NCBI GenBank assembly: GCA_964016885.1
Contig: CAXHJY010001411.1
Location: 1 to 46,765, forward strand
Length of the DNA stretch: 46,765 bases
Reading direction: 5' to 3'
Source: Eledone cirrhosa
Lineage: Eukaryota
How positions within the stretch are numbered: position 1 is the stretch's first letter; each line of letters starts with the position of its first letter. The notes under the pieces are model-generated. The model was not told the DNA's origin. It made no database searches and saw only the letters and a list, made by a program, of their open reading frames with translations. The position numbers and the translations under genes were made by a program. Positions 14,319 through 27,559 of the stretch are shown here, piece after piece.

Positions 14319-14540
14319 CAAGAGATGTCAACATGAATGGACCTGTTATTTTTATCTAAAGACATTTTTTCCAATTCCACCCCACCCGTACCATCAATCT
14401 ATCTTATTTCTCATTCTTTCTGTTAATGAAGGACTAGCATCCGAAACGTTAAGACCCTCTTCCTGCTATATCAAGCGTTAACCTAATATATCCCTTCCAT
14501 ATAATGTACCGATTGTGTTGTTATTTCTGTTTACCTTTTA
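14318..14540 (+). mobile_element. Family A repeat with decayed hammerhead core
   Basis: TTAATGA-AGGACTAGCATCC-GAAACGTTAAGA at 14423-14454; homologous to 5927-6126. Confidence 0.8.
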
Positions 14541-14653
14541 CATACATATATATAAATCGTATACATATATATATATATGAAGGTGAAACAATTGTTCTCG
14601 GTATGGTGAACGAAATAACTGTTGTGTTACCACTTATATATGTTTATATTTTG

Positions 14654-14718
<65 letters not shown>

Positions 14719-15499
14719 ATATATATGTTTGTATACGATTTTCGAATATATAATTCTCCAATGTGTTGCTAGAGGTAGAGTTAGCTCACGCTACTCCACT
14801 CCAGTCTTTTGCTTTGAGCTGATCACATCAAACATCTTGCAAAACAAACATAATTTCTTTTTCCAATGTTTCTAAAGAATATGATAATTTTGTCTATTCA
14901 ATAGAAATATAAAAGATAAGGTGAGAGGAAAGCCAAGGAGGAGAAATGTTTTTATGAAAAACTATAATTTATGGCAGCCGTAATTAACTTAAGAATAATC
15001 GATCCTATTTTAAAAATCATTGTCTTTAATTTTCCTTTTGAATTTTCTTTCATTTTTTAATATTTGTTTATATTAAATATATTCAAATTGTCTAGGTGTA
15101 TAGAAATAAAATGGGCCTCTGTCGGTTTCGGCGATGGTTGTCATAGTTGTTTATTAACGGAACTGAAGAGAGCTAGTTCATAAATTTAACGTGTGTGTGA
15201 CAAGGAATTAAGATTGGCTCAATGTGATTCATAGAAGTACAAGCTACACTGTATATATACTCCGGAATCAAAAGCTCGTCAGAATACTGTTATGGGTATA
15301 TATATATATATATATAAGACCCCTCTTCGGATTTTAGCCTTCACCTTTATTGTTGCTATAATGTGTGGGTGTACGCTATTTATTCTGTAAGAGATGCAAG
15401 CAGACACACACACACACGTTTATATATATATATATATATATATATACGAGACTGTGGGTTTTCTGCCTTCCTGTATATACATATATAACCTTACATTAA

Positions 15500-15760
15500 A
15501 AACATTATAAATTATAAACATTTCCAGTCAAATTTGGAGCAAACGACATATTACAAACTAGACAGAAACTCAAACTTAAACGTACAATGGAATTTTCAAA
15601 CACAGAACGCCATTTTTATCTACTGAGTCTGTGTCGCTGCATTTAGAAGGCCACATAATTCTAAATAAATGATCCATTCGAGTATACTATTAGCGATAAA
15701 TATCCTTTAACTGGTCGTGTGAACAGGCATAAAAGTGTGCTTTCAACAAAGCGTTAATTT
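15500..15760 (+). pseudogene. Possible decayed Penelope-like GIY-YIG endonuclease C-terminus
   Basis: Broken frames give ISSQIWSKR, NVQWNF, LCRCI*K, HIILNK and NRHK, in the order of the PLE motifs LS.HIW / I.W.I / C.LC..EK / CRH as I recall them; multiple stops and frameshifts. Confidence 0.35.
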
Positions 15761-15860
15761 ACTAGCCAACTGTTAACGGATGTTGTTTTACAAAGACTTC
15801 ATTCACAGATGGATTTTCAAACAAATTAGAAGCATTTTTATACCTCGCAGTTAAAAATAA

Positions 15861-15937
<77 letters not shown>

Positions 15938-16024
15938 ACAACATTTAGCACTTAGAAAGGCATTCGTTTAAACCTAATCCGATTATCATTGTTAGGCAAA
16001 GCTAGTTCTATATTTGTATATATG

Positions 16025-16056
<32 letters not shown>

Positions 16057-16084
16057 ATTCTCTGTCTTCATGTATATGTATATA

Positions 16085-16128
<44 letters not shown>

Positions 16129-16234
16129 TATATACCTACTTGTAAGTGTATATATACATACATACATATAAATATATATATAAATACATTTATATGTATG
16201 TATATATATGGATATTTATATATATATATGTATG

Positions 16235-16330
<96 letters not shown>

Positions 16331-16543
16331 CGTTTCTGAATTTGTTTAGCAAGATTCTTTATCTGAAATCGTGTGTTGAAACCGATATTGTTATACTTTG
16401 GGAGGGTCATGTTGCCAATAAGAAACACACGCACCAGTTGCTTTCACTTCAATTTAATTTAATATATATTTATAAATTTACAAATTTATAAATTTCTGGT
16501 TGGTTGGTTGGTTCCACAACCAGATAGTTGTTTATATATATAT

Positions 16544-16588
16544 AGTCATAGTTCTTTCGTCACACACTCTGTGACCTCTTCAGTGACT
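16544..16588 (-). ncRNA. Minimal type I hammerhead motif (mirror copy)
   Basis: Exact reverse complement of 16717-16761. Confidence 0.65.
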
Positions 16589-16716
16589 GGGGATTTCTTT
16601 CTTCGTTTCTGTGCCTTTCCTTTCTTCTATCCTACACCATTTTGTTTGTGTGTGGGTTCACAAAATGGTGTAGGATAGAAGAAAGGAAAGGCACAGAAAC
16701 GAAGAAAGAAATCCCC

Positions 16717-16761
16717 AGTCACTGAAGAGGTCACAGAGTGTGTGACGAAAGAACTATGACT
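16717..16761 (+). ncRNA. Minimal type I hammerhead motif
   Basis: AGUCA-CUGAAGA-G-GUCACA(GAGUG)UGUGAC-GAA-AG(AA)CU-A-UGACU: 5-bp stem I, 6-bp stem II, CUA triplet. Confidence 0.68.
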
Positions 16762-16912
16762 ATATATATATAAACAACTATCTGGTTGTGGAACCAACCA
16801 ACCAACCAGAAATTTATAAATTTGTAAATTTATAAATATATATTAAATTAAATTGAAGTGAAAGCAACTGGTGCGTGTGTTTCTTATTGGCAACATGACC
16901 CTCCCAAAGTAT

Positions 16913-17035
<123 letters not shown>

Positions 17036-17082
17036 TATATACATATACATAAAGACAGGGATTTATATATATATGTGAATAT

Positions 17083-17149
<67 letters not shown>

Positions 17150-17376
17150 AGAGATCGTGTGTATATATATGTGTTTGTATCATGTGTTGTGTCCTCTACG
17201 TCCTCCCTATCCCAATACCTTCCAATATAGAAACACAACAGCTTCGACGCCATTACAGATTTATTCCTCGCCAAAAAACATCTCTTAAAATATAATCGAG
17301 AAATTATTTTCACATTCATAACAAAATTTGTCGCGACAGAATCACAAATAGAACATGGTGCACCTGGGCATTCGTA

Positions 17377-17431
<55 letters not shown>

Positions 17432-17443
17432 TAATATAATATT

Positions 17444-17550
<107 letters not shown>

Positions 17551-17561
17551 GTGCGTGTGTC

Positions 17562-17595
<34 letters not shown>

Positions 17596-17708
17596 TATGT
17601 TTGTGTATATATGTATATTTATAAATATATATGTGTCTATATTTATACATATACGTATATATATATATATTTATATATATATACATATACGTATATATAT
17701 ACATATAC

Positions 17709-17769
<61 letters not shown>

Positions 17770-17837
17770 TGTGTGTGTATATATACATACATATACGTAT
17801 ATATGTATACACATACGTATATATATATATATATATA

Positions 17838-17973
17838 GTCCAGAATTAGCCGTCGAAACGGCTTGAGCTCAGCCGTCGGGGTCTTACTTGTTTCTATTAC
17901 CCACTCTACTACCCTAAGTATTGAGTACTTCGGTGCGTTGTGGTCCACCTGGTTCCTTACCACATTTCCTTCG

Positions 17974-17975
<2 letters not shown>
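17838..17975 (+). mobile_element. Family B repeat, 138 bp, in (TA)n, carrying the 3' half of a hammerhead
   Basis: Same length and ends as 31394-31531; contains GAA-ACGGCT(TGAGCTC)AGCCGT-C. Confidence 0.85.
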
Positions 17976-18016
<41 letters not shown>

Positions 18017-18083
18017 CATATATATAGTTGTGGGATATATATATGTACGTGTGCATGCATTTATTAAAATAGGTACATATGAA

Positions 18084-18153
<70 letters not shown>

Positions 18154-18503
18154 CTTCTGGGAATATTGTTTTATGAATTTTCACCAAGAAAATGTCAGTT
18201 TCTAACATAGAAACACATTTATTTCGTTGAAGTTTAGACATCAACTAGGAAAATATATATATATATATCTGTATATATCTATGTGATGGGAAGGTGTGTA
18301 TGTTACTGTATGTGTGGGTCTGTATGTTTGGAGTTATGTGTACACGTTCACATTTTTATTTTCTGTATCTATACTTCGTGATCTTGTCTCTATGTTTGTA
18401 CTCGTGAAGAAGGGCTAAAGAGCGACACGTCAAACTTTATTGCCCCTTTTCCATATAAAGCGTGAAACTAAGACATTTTGGACTTCTGTTTGTTGATTCT
18501 TTA

Positions 18504-18555
<52 letters not shown>

Positions 18556-18910
18556 TGGCGGACTGGCCAAGTTGCCAGGATGCCCAATGGCAGGTGGGCC
18601 CCAAGGAGCCCACGGTAACATTGCAAACACCAAACTCACTCACATGCTTGTGAAAAAATATATATGTATATATACATGTGTGCACCTCTCATTATGGTAT
18701 ATATACATACATACATACATATATATGTGTGCACCTCTCATTATGGTATATATATATATATTTATTTATATTCTTACACACGAAATAATGAGCAAATAAT
18801 ATTTGGTACCAATGGGTTAAAGACATCTGTCAATTAGTGGTGAAGGTGGTGTATATATTTGAAATTTTGAAAGTAGGTTTATAAATATTAATTTTTATAA
18901 ACTTTACGCA

Positions 18911-18983
18911 GTTGTCTCTGTGGCTTAGTGATAAGTACAAGAGACGATAGTGATCCTGGTCTTGGGTTCAATCCTGGGCAAGC
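18911..18983 (+). promoter_or_regulatory. tRNA-like Pol III type 2 promoter unit
   Basis: A box TGGCTTAGTGA at 18921-18931, B box GGTTCAATCC at 18965-18974, T-runs downstream. Confidence 0.6.
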
Positions 18984-19057
18984 GGTACATGTAAACTTTT
19001 TCAGTTTTTATTTTACAACTAACAGAAAAAAAATGAAAATATTTACCGGGTACCCTA

Positions 19058-19131
19058 CTCCCGACCAGGATCGAACTTCTGACCAGAATCACCACCGTCT
19101 ATGATTCCTCCCACTCGGCCACAGAGACAAC
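19058..19131 (-). promoter_or_regulatory. tRNA-like Pol III type 2 promoter unit (convergent)
   Basis: Minus strand has A box TGGCCGAGTGG, B box AGTTCGATCC and T-runs downstream. Confidence 0.6.
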
Positions 19132-19452
19132 AACAAAGGTACAAGGAAAATTGATAATTATAAACCTACTTTCAAAATCAAAGTTAAAAGGATGTGGTGT
19201 CGTTCATGGCTTTCCTAGAGCTATTAGTAATATTTAGGGTCGACTTCTGGTCATTATTGAAAGTCTCTGGATTTCGCAAAATACATTTTTTTTTTATTGG
19301 AGAAGGTAAGATTTGATTTCAGTGTTTTGTTTCCACTTATGTATTTTTTGAAAATGTTATTTATTCATTATAAAAATTAAATGATAGCATTTTATATGTA
19401 GGTGGTCCCCCTTTATCTCCTGGCAACCAATATTTTTAGACCCAGTCCGCCA

Positions 19453-19510
<58 letters not shown>

Positions 19511-19514
<4 letters not shown>

Positions 19515-19696
19515 GTTTCTACTTTAGGCACAAGGCCAGTAATTACCCAGTGCATTACTGGTACTTTATTTTATCGACCCCGTAAGGATGAAAGGCAAAG
19601 TCAACCTCGGCGGGATTTGAACTCAGATCGTAAAGGGACGTAACTATGCTGGAAAGCATGGCGTCCGACCCTCTACCGGAACTGACAATCCACCGC
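19511..19696 (-). mobile_element. Near full-length tRNA-derived SINE (octopod-type)
   Basis: Minus strand has B box GAGTTCAAATCC, body GCCTTTCATCCTTACGGGGTCGATAAAATAAAGTACCAGT and 3' end GCCTTGTGCCTAAAGTAGAAACAATT; at least 9 copies or fragments in the window. Confidence 0.92.
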
Positions 19697-19984
19697 ATAA
19701 TGCCAATAATTGTAAGTTTGAATCTAACTGACATGCAAAAACATATATATAGAAATAAGGTAAACCCAAATCATAGTAGATTCAAATATCATGTGGAGAA
19801 AGAGAGAGAGGGGGAGAAATGAGGTGGAACAGAAATGAAACATCGATTACAGGTTAAAATGTAGTCTAGATAGATTTGAAACAAAACGAGGATGTAGTTT
19901 ATGGAACACCCAAATGATTTAGAAGTTGACCTTAAGTAGGAGCAATAACATTAAGAAAGGCATGAACGACACCACAACACTTTG

Positions 19985-20573
19985 TTTTGAAAATTTTGAA
20001 AGTAGGTTTATAAATATGAATTTTCATAAGACTTATGTAGTTATCTCTGTGGCCCAGTGGTAGATACTAGAGACGGTGAAATCCTGGTCTTGGGTTCAAT
20101 CCTGGTCAAGAGGTATATGTAACCTTTTTCAGTTTTTATTTTACAACCCATAGAAAAAAACTGAAAAGGTTTTCTGTGAACACTACTCCCGACCAGGATC
20201 GAACTTCAGATCATGATCACCACTGTCTATGATTCCTCTCACTAGGCCACCGAGACAGCTACAATAGTACAATGAAAATTCATAATTATAAACCTACTTT
20301 CAAAATCAAAGTTAAAAAGTGCTATTAGTAATATTTAAGGTCGACTTCTGGTCATTATTGAAAGTCTCTGAATTTCACAAAATACATAATATTTTTTATT
20401 GGAGAAGATAAGATATTTCTCCGCAAAAATTTGATTTCAGTGTTTTGTTTCCACTTCTGTATTTTTCGAAAATGTTATTTATTCATTATAAAAATTAAAT
20501 GATAACATTCTATATGTAGGTGGGCCCCCTTTATCTCCTGGCAACCAATGTTTCTAGACCCAGCCCGCCACAG
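19985..20573. mobile_element. Second, left-truncated and diverged copy of the TIR element
   Basis: Colinear with about 18858-19455, including the internal inverted tRNA-like pair; ends CCAGCCCGCCACAG-TATA. Confidence 0.88.
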
Positions 20574-20599
20574 TATATATATATATATAAGAATGGATG

Positions 20600-20700
20600 C
20601 AGTAAAAACTCTCCTGAGTACTTGAGATAGTAGAGTGTGGTAATATGATATCGGAACTAGCTGTTGAAACGGCAGGAGCTCAGCCGTAGGGGTCCCGACT
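20600..20700. mobile_element. Family B fragments joined in opposite orientations
   Basis: GAGTACTTGAGATAGTAGAGTGTGGTAATA (minus orientation) followed by AGCTGTTGAAACGGCAGGAGCTCAGCCGTAGGGGTC (plus orientation). Confidence 0.6.
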
Positions 20701-20716
20701 CTCACTCTCTATATAT

Positions 20717-20775
<59 letters not shown>

Positions 20776-21028
20776 CGTGTGTGTGTGTTTGTATATATAA
20801 TATATATGTATATATATATATATTTATGCATGTATGTAGGTATATATGTGTTTAAGTATGTATGTATGTATATATGTGTATATAAATAAACATATCTATG
20901 TGTATATATATATATATATACATATATACAAATGTGTGTGTGAGATGGTGGAGATCAGAACTGCTACACAACAACAACAACAACCACTACAACCACAACC
21001 ACAACAAGAACCTATGATCCATAGATAT

Positions 21029-21206
21029 AATTGTTTCTACTTTCGGCACAAGGCCAGCAATTAACCAGTACATTACTGGTACTTTATTTTATCGACCCCG
21101 TAAGGATGAAAGGCAAAGTTAACCTCGGCGGGATTTAACTCAGACCGTAAAGGGCCGTAACTATTTGCTGCAAAGCATGGCGTCCGACCCTTCTATTGAT
21201 ACTGCC
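21029..21206 (-). mobile_element. tRNA-derived SINE with 13-bp TSD
   Basis: Matches 19511-19696; CCATAGATATAAT occurs at 21019-21031 and 21205-21217. Confidence 0.92.
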
Positions 21207-22163
21207 ATAGATATAATGGCAGACATGGTATTTCTTCTTCGAAACCTTATCAATGGCGGCCCCGTGATTGGACGATGTGAAGAGGAAGGGGTGAGGATGT
21301 GTGTAGAGGTACTCAAGGAATGGTGTGGAGTGGAGGAGAGCAAGGGCAGTGTGCTTTAGAAGGGGCTGCGAGGGGTGAGGATGTATAGAGGTACTCAAGG
21401 AATGGTCTGGCGGAGAGGAGAGAGGAGAAGAAGGGCGTGGAGTGGAGGAGAGGAGAGGCAGAGTGGTGTGTTATAGAAGGGGCTGCAATTACCTGCCAAA
21501 TATTTGACCAATCTGTAATATGAAAGACTCGTTAACAGACTTAATATGCCAAATTAGACCATGTTCTCCACTTTGCTTAATTAACTCTCAAATCGACAGA
21601 AACTCCATTTCCACAAATTACTTTCTTCTATTCTTATCTCGACCCTGTTCAAACCTGTCCAACCCTGTCCATTCCTGCCCATCCACCCCCGTTTCAGGAG
21701 GGCCTTATACCGACCTCCGACCGCCCTCCATCCTCACCACACCATCGCCAAGTCATTATGCCGACCTTCATCCATCAACACCCCACCATCGCCAACATGA
21801 AACCCTTACGCCGACATCCCTCCACCCTCACCCCCACCATCACCAAGGCCTCACCCCCGCCAACACCAAGTACTTCCATCCACCTCCTTCCACCCTCACC
21901 CACCATCATCAAACGCTAGCGCCCCACCCTCGCCTTGACGGTGTAGTTTGTGGCGGTGTTGTTGTTTTTCTTCTTTTTCTTGTTGTTCATATCTCTCGGA
22001 TAACTTCGTTAAAGGTACACACGACCGAGATATACTCAACCACTTGTGTGTGTGTGTGTGTTTGTGTGTGAGTATATATGTATATGAGTATGTATGTATG
22101 CGTACATGTATACATGTATACATGTATTATGTATGCATGTACGTACGTACGTATGCATGCATG

Positions 22164-22283
<120 letters not shown>

Positions 22284-22286
22284 TAC

Positions 22287-22344
<58 letters not shown>

Positions 22345-22414
22345 GTGTGTATATATGTATATATATTATATATATATATATGTACGTATATATGTATATA
22401 TATATATATATATG

Positions 22415-22472
<58 letters not shown>

Positions 22473-22547
22473 CCTAAAGTAATATGGCGGAGAGGTTATT
22501 ACTGACTGGTAACAGGGGAGAGGAAGGAAGATATTTGTACTTTAACG

Positions 22548-22737
<190 letters not shown>

Positions 22738-22761
22738 CATACATATGTATATATACATATG

Positions 22762-22847
<86 letters not shown>

Positions 22848-23056
22848 TTTACATATATATATATATATATATATGCATTGTGTATGTGAATAATGCAAGA
22901 TGGCTGAGAGGTTATAGTTAGATGATAAGGGAAAATGTAAAAGATATTTGTCCTCTAAAGTATGTGCGTATATATATGTGTGTGTGTATGTGTGTGTATA
23001 TGTGTGTGTGGGGGGGGGTGTATGTGTGTGTGTATGTGTGTGGGGGGGGTGTATGG

Positions 23057-23092
<36 letters not shown>

Positions 23093-23224
23093 AGTAGGAA
23101 GCTATCCTCTAATTGGTCAACTTGTTTTGATGAGGGACGACTTCCATTTTGGCTCCTGATTAAATTTCTCTATTAATTCATTAATTAACTAATTATTGAT
23201 CACCTTCTAGATTCAGATTAGAGT

Positions 23225-23675
23225 GTGTAGTTTAAGATATGGCGGTGTAGGGTGTTGTGGAGGGGTAGTGTGGTGTAGGGAGTGGTGTGGTGTAGGGTGT
23301 TGTGTAGGGGTGGTGTGGTGTAGGGAGTTCTGTAAGTGTGGTGTGGTGTGTAATATAAGATATATGGCAGTGTAGCGGAGTGGTAGGGTGTAAGGAGTGA
23401 TGTGGTGTAGGGTGTGGGATAGAGCGGTCCGGTAGCGAGTGGGGCATGGAGCGGGGTAGAATGGTATAGTGTGTAATATAAGACATGGTGGTGTAGGGGG
23501 CGTTGGAAGGGCTGGAAGGAGTGGTGTTGTGTATGAAGTGTAGTATGGAGTGGTGCAGTGTGTAATATAAGACATGCTGGGGATGAGAGTGGTTTGGTGT
23601 AGGGAGCGCTGTAAGGAGTGGGGTGCTGTGGTGTAAGAGGTGGGGGTAGGTATTGGTATAGCGAGTGGTGTCAGT
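23225..23675. repeat. Degenerate G/T-rich low-complexity satellite (GTGTGGTGTAGGG-like)
   Basis: Repeated GGTGTAGGG and GTGTAATATAAGA units; a similar purine-rich tract lies at 21285-21485. Confidence 0.75.
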
Positions 23676-23790
23676 GAATGGAATCTGAGAAAGTTCTGAT
23701 GAGAGACAGATATATGATGTAGAAATGTTGTAACAACGATGGCGGCTCTACAAGTTGTCAGCAAAATTTTGATTTAATTTTATAATATTA

Positions 23791-24804
23791 CTAGCAGTAA
23801 AGCCCGGCGTTGCTCGGGGTCGCTCAGTAGCTGTGTTAAAGTTACAATGTTAAGTTTCTTTCTTGGCTTAAAAACTGTAGTGTCTACTGTGCAGACTTGC
23901 ATGTGGTGTTTTTGATTAATATTCCCTCAACCAACAATATGCCTTATGAAGTTAAGAAAACATAACGATAACCCGAATGTTATAACAAAAGAGGATGCTG
24001 GGGATAGAAACTGCACTGGTTACTTATTAACAAAGATCGAAAATGTAAACACTGCAACTCAGAGAAAAACATTAGCGTAACCAAATTATCAGTTATGTCT
24101 GTCTGCACGCCTATATCACCTCTCTGCACGACTGTCTGTCTGCACGCCTATATCACCTCTCTGCACGACTGTCTGTCTGCACGCCTATATCACCTCTCTG
24201 CACGACTGTCTGTCTGCACGCGTATATCACCTCTCTGCACGACTTTCTGTCTGCACGCGTATATCACCTCTCTGCACGACTATCTGGCTGCACGCCTATA
24301 TCACCTCTCTGCACGACTGTCTGTCTGCACGACTGTCTGTCTGCACGCCTAACGAAATTTACAGATACATATATTTTAAATAAACTTATATAATTTTTGC
24401 TTTTTTTTACGAAATATTTGCTTGTTTTACGTAGTCTTTAAATAGACTTGTTTTCAAGTAAAAATATTGTTTTAAAAGGCTTTTAAATGGAAATGAAGCA
24501 ACTGTTCGTGTATTGTGTTAATGTCATTTTAAACGCTGAGAAAGCCAGCGTAATTTTTTACGTAAGACGCTCAATGTAAACAGAACAAAGGGAAATAACT
24601 GATCACTTACGCTCAAAAATCGATACATTATATTCGATTTCGTCAGATAGGGCGGGTCAATTTGAAATATTTTTTTCCGATGTCTTCGCTAGGGCTCAAT
24701 GTACAAGTATAGCAATTTCGGTGCAATTCCGTGAGAGATTCTAAGAGGAGATGTGTGCCAAAAATCGATAGACAGACAGACAACCTCAGTTTTATATATA
24801 TAGA
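23791..24804 (-). mobile_element. Non-autonomous Helitron
   Basis: Minus strand starts TC-TATATATATAAAACTGAGGTTGTCTGTCTGTC and ends with the hairpin CCCGAGCAACGCCGGG then CTTTACTG-CTAG; inserted between A and T with no TSD. Confidence 0.85.
24096..24350. repeat. 37-bp minisatellite inside the Helitron
   Basis: About 6.5 copies of CTGTCTGTCTGCACGCCTATATCACCTCTCTGCACGA. Confidence 0.95.
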
Positions 24805-24943
24805 TAATATTAAACTCATAATATTAAAATATTATAAAATTAAATCAAAATTTGTTTAACACTACAAGTGAAGTCATTCTTTTCCTTTTTTTTTCAAATA
24901 TACCTAACTGTACCAAGGATCTCACACATTTTCCAATGTATAT

Positions 24944-24975
<32 letters not shown>

Positions 24976-24977
24976 TT

Positions 24978-25065
24978 ACTTCTGCGTTCACAGATTGACT
25001 TTATTTAGTTTCAGGGTTAAAGCAGCGATTCTTTGCTTAAACATTAATCTGTTATTTTAATAAAT
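24978..25065. mobile_element. Family C fragment, inverted relative to 4872-4975
   Basis: ACTTCTGCGTTCACAGATTGACTTT...ATCTGTTATTTTAATAAATAT. Confidence 0.75.
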
Positions 25066-25128
25066 ATATATATGAATATATATATATATATATGTATGTA
25101 TATATCTATATATCTATGTATGTATGTG

Positions 25129-25310
<182 letters not shown>

Positions 25311-25349
25311 TATATATATATATACATATATATATACATATACATATAC

Positions 25350-25441
<92 letters not shown>

Positions 25442-25807
25442 TATATATATACACACACAAACAACACGACCAACAATTGCAGTCAAGTCACGTGTTTTTG
25501 TGTTCGGTCACTTTCACATTAATTTAACGAGTAGTCAGTTATGTTATTTGAACATTCACCGTCGACAGTGACGGAGGCCCACCATCACCAATAACAACAA
25601 CTACTGGTATTCTATGTATGCTACTGTCCAGCTCCATTAGACTAGTGGTGTGTAACCGCCATTTGTAATTACATCTCAAAATATTACAAAAAGTATCGTC
25701 AAAGCACGACTACGCCATTACTGTTCAACGAGTGTGTGTGTTTGGGTGATGCGTGTGTGTTTGTAGCTGTATGTGACATGTGTATTTGTGTGTGAGTCTG
25801 TGTGTAA

Positions 25808-25838
<31 letters not shown>

Positions 25839-25883
25839 GATGTGTGCATGTATGTATGTATAAGCATAAATGTGAGTATGTAT

Positions 25884-25939
<56 letters not shown>

Positions 25940-26141
25940 TGTATGTATATATGTATATGTTTGTATATATGTATATATATATATATATGTTTGTATATAT
26001 GTATGTATGTATGTTTGTATATATATGTATGTTCGTATATATGTATGTATGAATGTATTTATGTATGTATGTATATGTTTGTATATATGTATGTATGTTT
26101 CTATATGTGTATGTATGTTTGTATATATGTATGTATGTATG

Positions 26142-26178
<37 letters not shown>

Positions 26179-26610
26179 GAATGTGGATATATAAATGATG
26201 AACGTTCACTGGCAAGTTTATATCATATATGTCTATATATCTATATGTCTATGCTGTATTTTCCTATTTATCTCCCCTTCCATTCTCTCAGTCCTTCCTG
26301 CCTTATCAAGACTATTTGATTTAAAAGCACAGTGTTTAAAATGGCCTGACGATCCACTTGCAATTATAGGCAACTTATCTAATATACTGACTGATAGATA
26401 CGTACATGTGTAGCGTTTCGCTACGGCGAGATATGCCTTTTAAATTACCTCCCCTTGTCACTCTCCTGTCTATAGATTACTCTAAGTGTTTATAATGGGA
26501 TAGAGATATTTATGTCGGCCATTATCGTTGATACTGCAATACCGTAATGTTCTATGTGGAAACTCCATCAAAACTCTCTCTCTATATATATATATATATG
26601 TCTATCTTTC

Positions 26611-26746
<136 letters not shown>

Positions 26747-26821
26747 CTCTCTGCTTATATATATATGCATATATATGAATATGTTTATATATATATATAT
26801 ATGCATATATATATGTATACG

Positions 26822-26852
<31 letters not shown>

Positions 26853-26870
26853 GCATATATATATGTATAC

Positions 26871-26922
<52 letters not shown>

Positions 26923-26942
26923 GCATATATATATATGTATAC

Positions 26943-27020
<78 letters not shown>

Positions 27021-27097
27021 GCATATATATATGTATACGTATATATATATATATCCCATTCTCACTCTCACTCTCTCTCTCTCTCTCTCTCCATATA

Positions 27098-27162
<65 letters not shown>

Positions 27163-27559
27163 TCCATATATATATATATCAACCAAATAAACTAACTATA
27201 CAACCACCGCTATGTATCACAGATAAGATTTATATAGCGGCGAATATAATGAAGCCGATGACGACGACGACAACGACGACGCCGATGACGATGATGCCGA
27301 TGATAATAATAATATTAATAACGTTATTCTATCAGTGTGTTGAGTGGTATCATATATGGTGGGTGTATAGTGTTAAACATACATTAATCGGAAATACATG
27401 TACATAGTTTGGTGTCATAATAGATCGAAAGATCGTTGAAAGCTGACAAACTGGAGACGGGTTTCGGTGATTCTCCTGATGAGCCGTGAATTTGTGTCGC
27501 ATGAGAGACCTTAGCTGGCTTTTGTCTCCATTGTTTCTCCTCTTTATATAGACTGCTAT

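Larger units (their letters stand above)
18553..19455. mobile_element. Non-autonomous TIR DNA transposon (hAT-like ends)
   Basis: 14-bp perfect TIRs CAGTGGCGGACTGG (18553-18566) and CCAGTCCGCCACTG (19442-19455), flanked by (TA)n on both sides; no ORF. Confidence 0.85.

Noticed and set aside
18911-19131. Genuine tRNA genes
   Set aside because: A and B boxes are present, but I could not form an acceptor stem or cloverleaf; treated as tRNA-derived units
21520-22071. 183-aa Pro/His/Thr-rich ORF
   Set aside because: Derived from C/A-rich low-complexity sequence and runs into (GT)n
24096-24350. 37-bp repeats of CRISPR-like length
   Set aside because: Head-to-tail with no unique spacers, no cas genes, eukaryotic context, and located inside a Helitron
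27453-27510. CCTGATGAGCCG next to GTTTCGG
   Set aside because: The core halves lie on opposite strands, and no consistent hammerhead fold was found
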